Shown: piece by piece, positions 44,108 through 54,914 of the stretch
Layout: each line of letters starts with the position of its first letter
Position numbering within the stretch: position 1 is the stretch's first letter
Origin: Escherichia coli
GTDB taxonomy: Bacteria > Pseudomonadota > Gammaproteobacteria > Enterobacterales > Enterobacteriaceae
Assembly: GCF_050920415.1 (NCBI RefSeq)
Contig: NZ_CP169309.1
Direction: 5' to 3' (one strand)
DNA: 64,000 nt
Position numbers and translations under genes: made by a program
Notes under the pieces: generated by a model
Told to the model about the DNA's origin: nothing
Databases searched by the model: none
The model's input: the letters and a program-made list of their open reading frames with translations, nothing else

Positions 44108-44812
44108 TTGGCATTTCCCGATAACTACAATCGTCTGTTTATACCACGGCCAAAAACTAAAGATGATAATGGCCTCAAAACACTCAATAGTAAAGCTGTT
44201 GGCAGACTGCTTGCTGCTGGCGGCATATACAATGGGAATATCGAAGGATTCAGGGAAACAGCAAACAAGTTGGGGGGAGATGCACCTGCTGGTTACGATC
44301 AAGTTATGGATAACAAAGGGTTACTCATCGCTGGTGCTTCAATAGTTGCTGGAGCAGTTCTGGGGAGAATGAGACTCCCTGATTTGGAATCACTTGAGCA
44401 TTTCGGAGCCAGAGGAGCAGTATCAGGAAGACCATTTAATCCCGACCTTGCCGGTGGTCCAATAGAAAATCTGACGACAGATGGCGTAACAATCAACAGG
44501 GAAGGTATCGCTATTGTTGAAAAACACATAGCCAGATTTGGTCATGACCCTGTAAATGAAGTGATGATCAATAGACTGAAAGACATTGAGAAAGGAAAAA
44601 TCCCCCCAGAACAAGTAGATCTTAACTTCTATACTCATGAATGTCGGGAATATCAGCGTTACTGTAATCTTGGTTGGGAAACAGGACAACCTGATGGTGA
44701 CGCAGGCTATGCACTCTGGAATCATACGCATACTGCTACTCTAGAAGATTATAAACTTAAGGGAGAACTTAATGACTTATACCACCAGGATGCACTTGAC
44801 TATGATAACTGA
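44108..44812 (+). CDS. Putative toxin/effector domain protein of unknown class
   Basis: 234 codon ORF in the same frame as the Hcp-like ORF, open from the TAA at 44060-44062; no ATG or clear RBS near its 5' end; glycine-zipper-like GLLIAGASIVAGAVLG segment. Confidence 0.4.
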   Translation: MAFPDNYNRLFIPRPKTKDDNGLKTLNSKAVGRLLAAGGIYNGNIEGFRETANKLGGDAPAGYDQVMDNKGLLIAGASIVAGAVLGRMRLPDLESLEHFGARGAVSGRPFNPDLAGGPIENLTTDGVTINREGIAIVEKHIARFGHDPVNEVMINRLKDIEKGKIPPEQVDLNFYTHECREYQRYCNLGWETGQPDGDAGYALWNHTHTATLEDYKLKGELNDLYHQDALDYDN

Positions 44813-45047
44813 AACTGAAATTAACGTACTGAAAGTTATGGCTGAGAAAGATATAAACTGGAACTGGATGAATCTCGATCGCACACTATCTATAAGGCAA
44901 ATTCCAGGATTCGGTAATGTTGTTAACATTGTTAACAAATTAGCTAACGAGGGTTTGGTTATTATTGAGGATAGCGGACATAAGTCTATGCCTCACTACC
45001 ACGTTACTGAAAAGGGATACAATCTCGTGAAAAGTGAGAATAAATAA
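44802..45047 (+). CDS. Small winged-helix-like protein, candidate immunity protein or regulator
   Basis: ATG at 44802 overlaps the upstream stop (ATGATAACTGA); the ~81 aa product has an HTH-like LSIRQIPGFGNVVNIVNKLANEGLV segment. Confidence 0.4.
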   Translation: MITETEINVLKVMAEKDINWNWMNLDRTLSIRQIPGFGNVVNIVNKLANEGLVIIEDSGHKSMPHYHVTEKGYNLVKSENK

Positions 45048-45195
45048 CGTAGCGTTGATTACTGAACAAATCGCTCAGGATTATATTTTGCGAAAAAAAT
45101 GATTCGGTTATTTCTGTGTCTGAACGGCCGCAGATAGCAAAATGGCTTCCGGTGATGGAAGCCATCAGATTATTGGCAAAGTGCGTGTTGTTCAT

Positions 45196-45226
45196 GCCGG
45201 ATGCGGCGTGAACGCCTTATCTGGCC
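45196..45226. repeat. REP element
   Basis: gccggatgcggcgtgaacgccttatctggcc. Confidence 0.7.
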
Positions 45227-45333
45227 AACTAAATCTTGAAAATTCAATAAATTGAATAAATTATGTAGGCCTGGTATCAGGCAGTTTCGCCTCTTTCATC
45301 GTACTGCAATTTACAGTGACTCGTTAATACTCA

Positions 45334-47595
45334 TCATCCCCGACGCAAATTCTGCGCCGCCTGCACCATGTTCGCCAGTGCCGCGCGGGTTTCTGGCCAG
45401 CCGCGCGTTTTCAGGCCACAGTCCGGGTTGACCCACAGACGCTCTGCCGGAATGCGTTGTGCCGCTTTCTTCAGCAGGGACTCAATCCATTCCACGCTCG
45501 GTACGTTTGGCGAGTGAATGTCATAGACGCCAGGACCGATTTCATTCGGATAATCAAACTCTTCAAACGACTCCAGCAACTCCATGTCGGAACGCGAGGT
45601 TTCGATTGTGATGACGTCAGCATCCAGCGCCGCAATCGAATCCATGATGTCGTTGAACTCGCAGTAACACATGTGAGTGTGGATTTGCGTGTCATCTTTC
45701 GCTACGGCAGCGTTGATACGGAAAGCCTCCACGCCCCACTGGAGATAGGCATCCCAGTCGCTGCGACGCAGCGGTAAACCTTCGCGTAGCGCCGGTTCAT
45801 CAATCTGGATGATGCCAATTCCAGCGGCTTCCAGATCGGCCACTTCATCACGAAGCGCCAGCGCAATTTGTTTGGCGATGGTTTCACGGCTGACATCTTC
45901 ACGCGGGAACGACCAGCAGAGAATGGTCACCGGGCCAGTCAGCATCCCTTTCACCGGTTTATCAGTCAGAGATTGCGCATACTTCGCCCACTCCACGGTA
46001 ATCGGTGCCGGGCGGCTAACGTCACCAATAACAATCGGTGGCTTCACGCAGCGGGAACCGTAGCTCTGTACCCAACCGTTTTGCGTAAAGACAAAGCCAT
46101 CCAGGTGCTCGCCAAAGTATTCCACCATGTCATTACGCTCGGCCTCACCATGCACCAGCACATCCAGACCCAGACGTTCCTGCTCAACAATGGCCTGCTT
46201 GATATGTTCTGCAATGCCCGTGCGGTAGTTGTTGGCGTCGAGATTACCCTTTTTGAAATCCAGACGCAGGGTACGGATTTCTGTGGTTTGCGGGAAAGAG
46301 CCAATCGTGGTGGTCGGCCAGGCTGGCAGTTTAAAACGCGCACGCTGGGCTTCAGCACGCACTTCATAAACGTTCGCACGCTGGCTGTCCTGGGCTGTGA
46401 TCGCTGCCAGACGTTTTTCTACCGCCGGATTATGGACGCGGGTTGAGTGACGACGCGCCTGAATCGGAGCGCTCCACTCTGCCAGAGCTGCCGTGTCACC
46501 ACTGTTCAACGCATCGCGCAGCAGCGCCAGTTCATGGCATTTTTGCAGGGCGAAGGCAAACCAGCTTTTCACTTCCGCATCAAGACGCGTTTCCACACTC
46601 AGGTCGATAGGGCTGTGCAGCAATGAGCAGGAAGATGCCACCCACAAATCACGTTTGCCGACAATGTCCTTAATTTGCGCATATTTCTCGGTAAGATCGG
46701 CGCGCCAGACGTTACGACCATTGATAAGACCCGCAGACAGCAGCCAGTCAGAAGGCAGACGCTTGTGCAGTTCAGCAACGTCATCTTTACCATGTACGAG
46801 ATCGACATGCAGCCCCTGAACAGGCAGCGCAGTAATGGTGTCGAGGTTTGGCGTTACGCCTTCAAAATAGGTGGTCAGCAGCAGTTTCACCTGGCCCTGG
46901 AGCGCGTCGTAAGCGGGTTTATAGGCGTCCAGCCACGCCTGCGGCAGTTCCAGTACCAGAGCCGGTTCGTCGATCTGTACCCACTCAATGCCGCGTTTTG
47001 CCAGTTCTGCCAACACTTGCTGATAAACCGGCAGAATGTCGTTTAGCAGGCTCAGGCGATCAAACTGTTCACCTTTCACTTTACCCAGCCACAGGTAGGT
47101 AACCGGCCCCAGCAGCACGGGCTTGACCTTGTGGCCCAGCGCCAGCGCCTCGTCCACTTCCTCCAGCAGTTGCGTCCAGGTCAGTTTGAACTGTTGGCCT
47201 TTAACGAACTCCGGCACCATGTAGTGATAGTTGGTGTTAAACCATTTGGTCATTTCCGCTGCCGCCGCAGGTTCACCAGTCGGTGCACGTCCACGACCAA
47301 TACGGAACAGGGTGTCGATATCTACCGAACCATCTTTGTTCTGGTGACGCGCCGGAACGTTACCCAGCAGCAGGCTGGTGGTCAGGACATGATCGTACCA
47401 GGCAAAATCGCCCACCGGCAGCAGGTCGATACCTGCTTGCTTTTGTTGATCCCAGTGACGGGCACGTAATTCACGCCCAACCGCCAGCAGTTCTTCACGC
47501 GTGGAGTTCCCCGCCCAATAACTCTCTTGCGCTTTTTTCAGCTCGCGACGCAGGCCAACGCGAGGGAAACCGAGGGTGTGATTCAATATTGTCAT
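45334..47595 (-). CDS. metE: Cobalamin-independent methionine synthase
   Basis: 753 aa; N-terminus [29 protein letters not shown] matches MetE. Confidence 0.97.
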   Translation of the reverse strand: MTILNHTLGFPRVGLRRELKKAQESYWAGNSTREELLAVGRELRARHWDQQKQAGIDLLPVGDFAWYDHVLTTSLLLGNVPARHQNKDGSVDIDTLFRIGRGRAPTGEPAAAAEMTKWFNTNYHYMVPEFVKGQQFKLTWTQLLEEVDEALALGHKVKPVLLGPVTYLWLGKVKGEQFDRLSLLNDILPVYQQVLAELAKRGIEWVQIDEPALVLELPQAWLDAYKPAYDALQGQVKLLLTTYFEGVTPNLDTITALPVQGLHVDLVHGKDDVAELHKRLPSDWLLSAGLINGRNVWRADLTEKYAQIKDIVGKRDLWVASSCSLLHSPIDLSVETRLDAEVKSWFAFALQKCHELALLRDALNSGDTAALAEWSAPIQARRHSTRVHNPAVEKRLAAITAQDSQRANVYEVRAEAQRARFKLPAWPTTTIGSFPQTTEIRTLRLDFKKGNLDANNYRTGIAEHIKQAIVEQERLGLDVLVHGEAERNDMVEYFGEHLDGFVFTQNGWVQSYGSRCVKPPIVIGDVSRPAPITVEWAKYAQSLTDKPVKGMLTGPVTILCWSFPREDVSRETIAKQIALALRDEVADLEAAGIGIIQIDEPALREGLPLRRSDWDAYLQWGVEAFRINAAVAKDDTQIHTHMCYCEFNDIMDSIAALDADVITIETSRSDMELLESFEEFDYPNEIGPGVYDIHSPNVPSVEWIESLLKKAAQRIPAERLWVNPDCGLKTRGWPETRAALANMVQAAQNLRRG

Positions 47596-47747
47596 TTTTC
47601 TTCCTCTAATTATATGTAAATCCTATGGATTTTGAATTTAGGGAAGGCGGCAAGTTTATTCATCCCCGGGAGCTTACTGAAGTAAGTGACCGGGGTGAAG
47701 AAACGCAGCCAACGCACCATAAATTTAAAAGACGAAGGATTTTAGCC

Positions 47748-47770
47748 GTCCAGATGTTTACACATCCATA
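47748..47770. promoter_or_regulatory. Candidate MetJ-box-like repeats in the metE-metR divergent control region
   Basis: cagatgtttacacatcca resembles degenerate tandem AGACGTCT boxes; exact sites uncertain. Confidence 0.3.
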
Positions 47771-47830
47771 ATTGGCGGTTACTGTATATTCCTCAAGCGC
47801 AAATTATTCATGCCGAAGTGAAGGACTTTC

Positions 47831-48784
47831 ATGATCGAAGTAAAACACCTGAAAACGCTACAAGCGTTGCGGAACTGCGGCTCACTCGCAGCCGCTGCGG
47901 CGACGTTGCATCAAACGCAATCCGCCCTGTCTCACCAGTTTAGCGATCTGGAACAACGCCTTGGCTTCCGGCTATTTGTGCGTAAAAGCCAGCCGCTTCG
48001 GTTTACACCGCAGGGAGAAATCCTGTTGCAACTGGCGAATCAGGTGCTGCCGCAAATCAGCCAGGCACTGCAAGCCTGCAATGAACCGCAGCAGACGCGC
48101 CTGCGCATTGCCATTGAGTGCCATAGCTGTATTCAGTGGCTGACGCCCGCGTTAGAAAATTTCCATAAGAACTGGCCGCAGGTGGAGATGGATTTTAAAT
48201 CGGGCGTGACGTTTGACCCGCAGCCCGCGTTGCAGCAGGGTGAGCTGGATCTGGTGATGACCTCCGATATTCTGCCGCGCAGTGGCCTGCATTATTCGCC
48301 GATGTTCGATTATGAAGTGCGTCTGGTGTTAGCGCCTGACCATCCACTGGCGGCGAAAACGCGAATCACGCCGGAAGACCTCGCCAGCGAAACGCTGTTG
48401 ATTTATCCGGTGCAGCGTAGCCGACTGGATGTCTGGCGGCATTTTCTTCAGCCCGCAGGCGTTAGCCCGTCACTGAAAAGCGTCGATAACACCTTGTTGT
48501 TGATTCAGATGGTTGCCGCACGGATGGGCATCGCTGCGCTACCGCACTGGGTGGTGGAGAGTTTTGAACGCCAGGGTCTGGTGGTCACCAAAACCTTGGG
48601 CGAAGGCTTGTGGAGCCGACTGTACGCCGCCGTGCGCGATGGCGAGCAGCGTCAGCCGATTACAGAAGCGTTTATTCGTTCAGCGCGCAATCACGCCTGC
48701 GATCATCTGCCGTTTGTGAAGAGCGCGGAGCGACCCACTTACGATGCACCCACAGTGAGGCCAGGATCACCAGCGCGCCTGTAA
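47831..48784 (+). CDS. metR: LysR-family transcriptional activator MetR
   Basis: 317 aa with an N-terminal LysR HTH; divergent from metE. Confidence 0.95.
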   Translation: MIEVKHLKTLQALRNCGSLAAAAATLHQTQSALSHQFSDLEQRLGFRLFVRKSQPLRFTPQGEILLQLANQVLPQISQALQACNEPQQTRLRIAIECHSCIQWLTPALENFHKNWPQVEMDFKSGVTFDPQPALQQGELDLVMTSDILPRSGLHYSPMFDYEVRLVLAPDHPLAAKTRITPEDLASETLLIYPVQRSRLDVWRHFLQPAGVSPSLKSVDNTLLLIQMVAARMGIAALPHWVVESFERQGLVVTKTLGEGLWSRLYAAVRDGEQRQPITEAFIRSARNHACDHLPFVKSAERPTYDAPTVRPGSPARL

Positions 48785-49571
48785 TAAACGTTGGCCAGTG
48801 CGGCTGTTGGTGCCAGATAGCCAGGTTAACCAGCAGCCCTGCCGGAACGTGCATATTATTCATAATGCCCAGCGTTCCGGCGTCCACCTGCGTCGCGCCG
48901 TAGTTCCACATAAAGTAGCCAATTCCGGAGGCCACCACGCCAAGAAACACCAGAATGCCCCATTGCAGCGTGGTTTGCGGCATTTTCTGCGCATTTCCCA
49001 GCAAAAACCATGCAATCACTGCCACCAGAAACGCGCCAAGATAGAACCACGCAAAGGCGTTATGCTGTGGCATCGGACGAGTTTCCATCAGGCGTTTGTA
49101 ACCCACCATGCCGATGGCAAAAGTGATATTGGAGAGTTGCACCAGCAGCAGGCCAGTCCAGAAGTGGTCGGTGACCTGATCATAGCGAATAATCCCGGCA
49201 CCAATCACCGCCAACAAGGCGCTAAAAGCATAGCCCCAGCGCAGACGGCGCTTACTCATGATGTCATAAATCAGCGTGATGTAGAGCGGAGTCAGTACGG
49301 TGAACAGCAACAGCTCGGAGACCGTCAGGTAGAGATAGGCGCGAAAACTCAGCATATACATCACGCCAAGCTGCATCGCGCCCACCAGCATATACAGGCC
49401 AACCGTTTTCAGGCTATTGCCACGGGTACGCAGAAACGGCAGAAACACGAGTGCCGCCAGGCCAACGCGCACCAGCACTGCAAAATAGCTATCGACGTGC
49501 CCCGCAAGGTACTCGCCATAAAAGCTAAAGGAGAAGGCCCACAGAATCGTGGTGATGATAAGTAGCGCCAC
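48672..49571 (-). CDS. yigM: DMT/EamA-family transporter YigM (biotin transporter BioP)
   Basis: 299 aa ten-TM EamA-type protein; its 3' end overlaps the metR 3' end. Confidence 0.85.
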   Translation of the reverse strand: MALLIITTILWAFSFSFYGEYLAGHVDSYFAVLVRVGLAALVFLPFLRTRGNSLKTVGLYMLVGAMQLGVMYMLSFRAYLYLTVSELLLFTVLTPLYITLIYDIMSKRRLRWGYAFSALLAVIGAGIIRYDQVTDHFWTGLLLVQLSNITFAIGMVGYKRLMETRPMPQHNAFAWFYLGAFLVAVIAWFLLGNAQKMPQTTLQWGILVFLGVVASGIGYFMWNYGATQVDAGTLGIMNNMHVPAGLLVNLAIWHQQPHWPTFITGALVILASLWVHRKWVAPRSSQTADDRRRDCALNE

Positions 49572-49646
49572 AATGGAAAACTCTTTGATTAACGAGTATC
49601 CATTGTAGCGAAGTATCAGGTTGACAACTGACCAAATAAAGAACGA

Positions 49647-50447
49647 TTACGATAAATAGAGTTTACGCAGATAATGCGGCACTGCATCCTCGGCGTTAGT
49701 ACCAATCACTTCCAGCTCCGGATGCAGATCTTTCAGACGCTGGTGCGCACTGCCCATAATGCAGCCTTTACCTGCCATCGACAGCATTTCGGCGTCGTTC
49801 ATCCCGTCACCAAAGGCAATACAATCTTTCAGACTGTAGCCCAGTTTCTTCGCCACCGCTTCCAGGGCATGGCCTTTTGAAACGCCGCCCGCCATCACTT
49901 CCAGACAAGTTAGGGTAGAGAAACTGACGTTGACGCGATCGCCCCAACGAGCGTTGATTGCCTGCTCCAGCGGCAGCAGTTGTTCATGAGAATCACAGGT
50001 GAAGAACACTTTGCTGACGCCTTCCGGATCCAGTAATCCTGGCTCATACAGCGCATATTTGAACACCGCTTCTTTAAAAAAGCGCATCTCTTCCGGGCGG
50101 TGGCGATTCATAAACCATTCGTCGTCGCGATAAACGTTAGTAATGATGTCCGGGTTGTCGTTGACCACGCCAAACAGATCGCTGGCAATGTCGCGATCCA
50201 GGTTATGAGCAAAAATCAGATTGCCATCCAGATCGTGAACGCGCGCGCCATTGGAGGTAATCATGTAAGACTTAATCTCCAGATTATCGCGAATTTGCCC
50301 CACATCAACGTGGTGGCGACCGGTCGCAAACACAAAGTTAATGCCGCGCGCGGTGAGCAGCTTCAGAGTTTCTTTGGCGTAAGGGGATAACGTATGGTCG
50401 GGAGAAAGTAACGTGCCATCTAAATCAGACGCAACAACCTGGTACAT
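49647..50447 (-). CDS. yigL: HAD-family Cof-like sugar phosphatase YigL (start at MYQVVASDLDGTLL)
   Basis: DxDGTL HAD motif I; 266 aa. Confidence 0.85.
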   Translation of the reverse strand: MYQVVASDLDGTLLSPDHTLSPYAKETLKLLTARGINFVFATGRHHVDVGQIRDNLEIKSYMITSNGARVHDLDGNLIFAHNLDRDIASDLFGVVNDNPDIITNVYRDDEWFMNRHRPEEMRFFKEAVFKYALYEPGLLDPEGVSKVFFTCDSHEQLLPLEQAINARWGDRVNVSFSTLTCLEVMAGGVSKGHALEAVAKKLGYSLKDCIAFGDGMNDAEMLSMAGKGCIMGSAHQRLKDLHPELEVIGTNAEDAVPHYLRKLYLS

Positions 50448-50454
50448 AAGAAAT

Positions 50455-51477
50455 TTAAACCTCTGTAGAGCGGTTTCCGCTGGGTGAGTTATGCCTGTTG
50501 AAAAAATCAACAATGGCGTGGAGCGCGACTGAGCGCATTGCGTCCTTTTCAAAAAGGATCTCATGGTACGCACCTTTAATTACCAGCGGTCGTCCTCCTT
50601 CGACAGGATGGCCCGCAGCGGTGCGGAGTTCACAAAAACGGTCGTGCATGCGGTTATCCACCACGCGTTCCTCTTCAGCCTGCAAGAGAAGCGTTGGCGT
50701 AGCGTCATCACCCGCTCCGGCTAACACCTGTTCGCCAGCCAGAATACTTTCGCGTACCCAATGGTAGGTCGGCCCACCGACGCGAATCGTTGGGTCATCA
50801 GCATAAAAGCGTAAGTTACGTCGATATCGCTGTCTGCTGTGGGTCAGTACGTTGATAGCAAACGGCAACGCGCGCCAGCGCCCGGTGCCTATTGCATAGC
50901 CATCACGGAAACGTGGATGTGCTTCGGCCCAGTTAAGGATCTGCCGCGCCATAAATGACGGCATACGAATCACGATCCCAAACATTGGTGCAGTTAGCGC
51001 AATGGCGTCACATACACCTGGATGGCGTTGCAGAAATAACGTGGAGATCGCACCGCCCATCGAATGTGCCAGTATATAGCGCTTACGCCACGGACCGGGC
51101 TGGACCTCCTGTTGCCAGAATGCCGCCAGATCATCAACATAATCATTAAAGCGATTAACATGCCCAAGATGCGGATCGGCTAACAGGCGACCGGAACGTC
51201 CCTGCCCGCGATGGTCGATGATTAAGACATCAAACCCCAAATGGAACAGGTCGTAGGCCAGTTCCGCATATTTTACGTAGCTCTCAATACGCCCCGGGCA
51301 GATGACTATCACCCGGTCATGGTGCTGCGCGCGAAAACGGACAAAGCGCACCGGAATGTCATCCACACCAGTAAATTCTGCTTCATCACGCTGACGCCAG
51401 AAATCAGTCAGCGGTCCCATGGTAAAAGCAGCAAACGCGTTTTCTCTTGTTTCCCAGTCTTTTTGCTGCTGAAACAT
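50455..51477 (-). CDS. pldB: Lysophospholipase L2
   Basis: 340 aa alpha/beta hydrolase with a GHSMGG nucleophile motif. Confidence 0.9.
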   Translation of the reverse strand: MFQQQKDWETRENAFAAFTMGPLTDFWRQRDEAEFTGVDDIPVRFVRFRAQHHDRVIVICPGRIESYVKYAELAYDLFHLGFDVLIIDHRGQGRSGRLLADPHLGHVNRFNDYVDDLAAFWQQEVQPGPWRKRYILAHSMGGAISTLFLQRHPGVCDAIALTAPMFGIVIRMPSFMARQILNWAEAHPRFRDGYAIGTGRWRALPFAINVLTHSRQRYRRNLRFYADDPTIRVGGPTYHWVRESILAGEQVLAGAGDDATPTLLLQAEEERVVDNRMHDRFCELRTAAGHPVEGGRPLVIKGAYHEILFEKDAMRSVALHAIVDFFNRHNSPSGNRSTEV

Positions 51478-51587
51478 CGGGTAATCTGCCTCTTAAACCA
51501 CGTAAAATCGTTTTTTTAAGCGTGCCTGACACAACGCTTCGACAGTAGCGTATTGTGGCACAAAAATAGACACACCGGGAGTTCATC

Positions 51588-52208
51588 ATGACCTTAGAAT
51601 GGTGGTTTGCCTACCTGCTAACATCAATCATTTTAAGCCTGTCGCCAGGCTCTGGTGCAATCAACACCATGACCACCTCGCTCAACCACGGTTATCGTGG
51701 TGCGATGGCGTCTATTGCTGGGCTTCAGACCGGACTGGCGATTCATATTGTGCTGGTTGGTGTGGGGTTGGGTACGCTATTTTCCCGCTCAGTGATTGCG
51801 TTTGAAGTGTTGAAGTGGGCAGGAGCAGCTTATTTGATTTGGCTGGGTATCCAGCAGTGGCGTGCTGCTGGCGCAATTGATCTTAAATCGCTGGCCTCTA
51901 CTCAATCGCGCCGACATTTGTTCCAACGCGCAGTGTTTGTGAATCTCACCAATCCCAAAAGTATTGTGTTTCTGGCAGCACTTTTTCCACAATTCATCAT
52001 GCCGCAACAGCCGCAAGTTATGCAGTATGTAGTGCTCGGCGTCACCACCATTGTGGTCGATATTATTGTGATGATCGGTTACGCCACCCTCGCCCAACGG
52101 ATCGCGTTATGGATAAAAGGGCCGAAACAGATGAAGGCATTGAATAAGATTTTCGGCTCGTTGTTTATGCTGGTGGGAGCGCTGTTAGCATCGGCGAGAC
52201 ATGCGTGA
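51588..52208 (+). CDS. rhtB: Homoserine/homoserine lactone efflux protein RhtB (LysE family)
   Basis: 206 aa LysE/RhtB-family membrane protein. Confidence 0.9.
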   Translation: MTLEWWFAYLLTSIILSLSPGSGAINTMTTSLNHGYRGAMASIAGLQTGLAIHIVLVGVGLGTLFSRSVIAFEVLKWAGAAYLIWLGIQQWRAAGAIDLKSLASTQSRRHLFQRAVFVNLTNPKSIVFLAALFPQFIMPQQPQVMQYVVLGVTTIVVDIIVMIGYATLAQRIALWIKGPKQMKALNKIFGSLFMLVGALLASARHA

Positions 52209-52217
52209 AAAATAATG

Positions 52218-52247
52218 TCGGATGCGGCGTAAACGCCTTATCCGACT
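52218..52247. repeat. REP element
   Basis: gtcggatgcggcgtaaacgccttatccgac. Confidence 0.7.
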
Positions 52248-52269
52248 TACTCTGATGACGCGTCTGGCA

Positions 52270-52890
52270 TCAACGCGAAATAATCAAATGAATACCAAAT
52301 CCGGCAAATAACGCCCCGGCAAAACCATCAATCCACTTCGCCAGACGTTGATAACCACGGCGCATTTGCGGCAGGGCAAACAGGCTGGCAACGACGGTAA
52401 ACCACGCCAGTGTTTCGACAATAATCAACGCGAAAATGCCCCAGCGCTCAGTGGTGCCGACGTTATCGCCGACAAACAGCGAGAATACCGAACCAAAGTA
52501 GATAATCGCTTTCGGATTGGCGAGATTGGTCAGTAAGCCTTTCAGGAAACTGCGCCCGCTTTTTGCCAGTTCTACCTGTGGCGCAGGCGCAGAAACGACC
52601 TCTTTTTTCAGTGCGCTACGCAGCATCTGATAACCCATCCAGCAGAGATACAGGCCACCGCCCACCATAATCAGCGTATGCAGCCAGGCCATTTTTTCGA
52701 TAATTAAATGCAGGCCAAGCAACGCGATCCCTGCCCAGACCATTACGCCGCAGGTAATGCCCAGCACGCCCATCATCGCTTCTTTGCGCGAACGGCTAAC
52801 GGCAGTCTGGGAGACAAAAAAGAAATCGGGACCGGGGCTCATAAGCGCCACGATATGAACCATGGCGACGGTGAGGAATAACATCAACAT
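52270..52890 (-). CDS. rhtC: Threonine efflux protein RhtC (LysE family)
   Basis: 206 aa LysE-family protein convergent with rhtB. Confidence 0.9.
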   Translation of the reverse strand: MLMLFLTVAMVHIVALMSPGPDFFFVSQTAVSRSRKEAMMGVLGITCGVMVWAGIALLGLHLIIEKMAWLHTLIMVGGGLYLCWMGYQMLRSALKKEVVSAPAPQVELAKSGRSFLKGLLTNLANPKAIIYFGSVFSLFVGDNVGTTERWGIFALIIVETLAWFTVVASLFALPQMRRGYQRLAKWIDGFAGALFAGFGIHLIISR

Positions 52891-52953
52891 ACAATTGACT
52901 CGCGGGGAAATCGTTTACGGAGTCTTCATCCTGGCACTTTTTTATGCTGCTGA

Positions 52954-54783
52954 CTACTCTTCGTCATCGCCATCGACATGCGCACGGATAAGTGCCATAA
53001 ACGGTTTGCCAAAGCGTTCCAGCTTGCGCATCCCAACGCCGTTAACGCTGAGCATTTCGCTGGCGGTGATTGGCATCTGTTCCGCCATCTCAATCAAGGT
53101 CGCGTCGTTAAACACCACATACGGCGGGACATTACTTTCATCAGCAATGGATTTACGCAGTTTGCGTAATTTGGCGAACAGTTTGCGATCGTAATTGCCA
53201 CCGAACGATTTCTGCATCGCTTTCGGTTTGAGCGCCACAATACGCGGCACGGCAAGTTGTAAAGAGGATTCGCCGCGCAACACAGGCCGTGCGGCTTCTG
53301 TCAGTTGTAATGCCGAATGCTGGGCGATATTTTGCGTCACAAGGCCGAGATGAATCAGCTGGCGGATCACGCTGACCCAATGTTCATGGCTTTTATCACG
53401 GCCCATGCCATAGACTTTCAGTTTGTCATGACCATAGTCGCGGATACGCTGATTATTAGCACCGCGAATCACTTCCACCACATAACCCATACCAAAACGC
53501 TGATTCACCCGACCAATGGTGGAAAGGGCAATCTGTGCATCGGTTGAACCATCGTACTGTTTCGGCGGATCGAGGCAGATATCGCAGTTCCCGCACGGCT
53601 CCTGCCGCCCTTCGCCAAAATAGTTCAGCAGCACCAGACGACGGCAAGTTTGTGCTTCGGCAAACGCGCCCATCGCATTGAGTTTATGACGTTCGATATC
53701 CTGCAACTGCCCTTGCGGCTTCTCTTCAAGGCAACGGCGCAACCACGCCATATCCGCTGGATCGTAAAACAGCATCGCTTCCGCGGGCAGGCCATCACGC
53801 CCGGCGCGTCCGGTTTCCTGATAATAGGATTCGATATTGCGCGGAATATCAAAGTGAACCACGAAGCGGACGTTAGGCTTGTTGATGCCCATGCCGAACG
53901 CTACCGTCGCCACCACAATTTGCAGGTCATCGCGCTGGAATTTTTCCTGCACGTCCGCACGGACATCGTTTTCAAGCCCGGCGTGATAAGCCGCTGCGCT
54001 GATACCCTTGCTTTGCAGACGCGCGGCGGTGTCTTCTACTTTCGCACGACTATTACAGTAAATAATCCCCGACTTACCGCGTTGTTCCTGCACGTAGCGC
54101 ATCAACTGATCGAGCGGTTTGAATTTCTCCATCAGCATGTAGCGAATGTTCGGGCGATCAAAACTGCTGATTTGAATCAGCGGATCGTTCAGCCCCAGCA
54201 GGCGCACGATATCCTGCCGCGTGGTGTCGTCGGCGGTGGCGGTTAGCGCCATAAACGGCAGAGTAGGAAAACGCTGACGCAGCTGACCGAGGGCAGCGTA
54301 TTCCGGGCGGAAATCGTGGCCCCATTGGGAGATACAGTGCGCTTCATCAACGGCTAATAACACTGGATTCCAGTGCGCCAGATGCTCAAGGAAGTTATCC
54401 AGCATCAGGCGTTCCGGCGCGATATACAGCAGGCGGATTTGCCCGGTACGGCAGCCTGTCATTACTTCAAGCTGCTGCTCGCGGGTTTGCGTCGAGTTAA
54501 GACACGCCGCCGCCACGCCGTTGGCTTGCAGTTGATCTACCTGATCTTTCATCAGTGAAATCAGTGGTGAAACAACCACGGTAAGGCCGTTTAGCAATAA
54601 GGCAGGAATTTGATAGCAAAGGGATTTTCCGCCACCAGTGGGCATGACGACCAGGCAATCGCGACCGGAAAGTACGGTGTCAATAATCTCTTCCTGCCCG
54701 GGGCGAAACTGTTGGTAGCCAAAGGTTTCTTGTAAAACCTGTTTAGCCCCGGACTCCAGATTCAACACTTCCGCCTGCGCCAC
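52954..54783 (-). CDS. recQ: ATP-dependent DNA helicase RecQ
   Basis: 609 aa; DEAH helicase motifs, zinc-binding region and HRDC C-terminus. Confidence 0.95.
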   Translation of the reverse strand: MAQAEVLNLESGAKQVLQETFGYQQFRPGQEEIIDTVLSGRDCLVVMPTGGGKSLCYQIPALLLNGLTVVVSPLISLMKDQVDQLQANGVAAACLNSTQTREQQLEVMTGCRTGQIRLLYIAPERLMLDNFLEHLAHWNPVLLAVDEAHCISQWGHDFRPEYAALGQLRQRFPTLPFMALTATADDTTRQDIVRLLGLNDPLIQISSFDRPNIRYMLMEKFKPLDQLMRYVQEQRGKSGIIYCNSRAKVEDTAARLQSKGISAAAYHAGLENDVRADVQEKFQRDDLQIVVATVAFGMGINKPNVRFVVHFDIPRNIESYYQETGRAGRDGLPAEAMLFYDPADMAWLRRCLEEKPQGQLQDIERHKLNAMGAFAEAQTCRRLVLLNYFGEGRQEPCGNCDICLDPPKQYDGSTDAQIALSTIGRVNQRFGMGYVVEVIRGANNQRIRDYGHDKLKVYGMGRDKSHEHWVSVIRQLIHLGLVTQNIAQHSALQLTEAARPVLRGESSLQLAVPRIVALKPKAMQKSFGGNYDRKLFAKLRKLRKSIADESNVPPYVVFNDATLIEMAEQMPITASEMLSVNGVGMRKLERFGKPFMALIRAHVDGDDEE

Positions 54784-54801
54784 ATTAACCCCGATTGCCT
54801 G

Positions 54802-54832
54802 AAATAAAAACAGGCGCTATTTTCAGCGCCTG
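54802..54832 (-). terminator. Intrinsic terminator downstream of pldA
   Basis: Hairpin caggcgctattttcagcgcctg, followed on the minus strand by TTTTTATTT. Confidence 0.5.
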
Positions 54833-54914
54833 CGCGAGAAACTGCAATGCTTTTAGTCTCTGAGAGGGTAATCCTGGATGCTGGATTCCAGTTTTGCCTT
54901 TCAATCAACTCACA

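Noticed and set aside
48798-49565. 255 aa ORF on the plus strand
   Set aside because: Antisense to yigM; histidine- and glutamine-rich low-complexity translation typical of an out-of-frame artefact.
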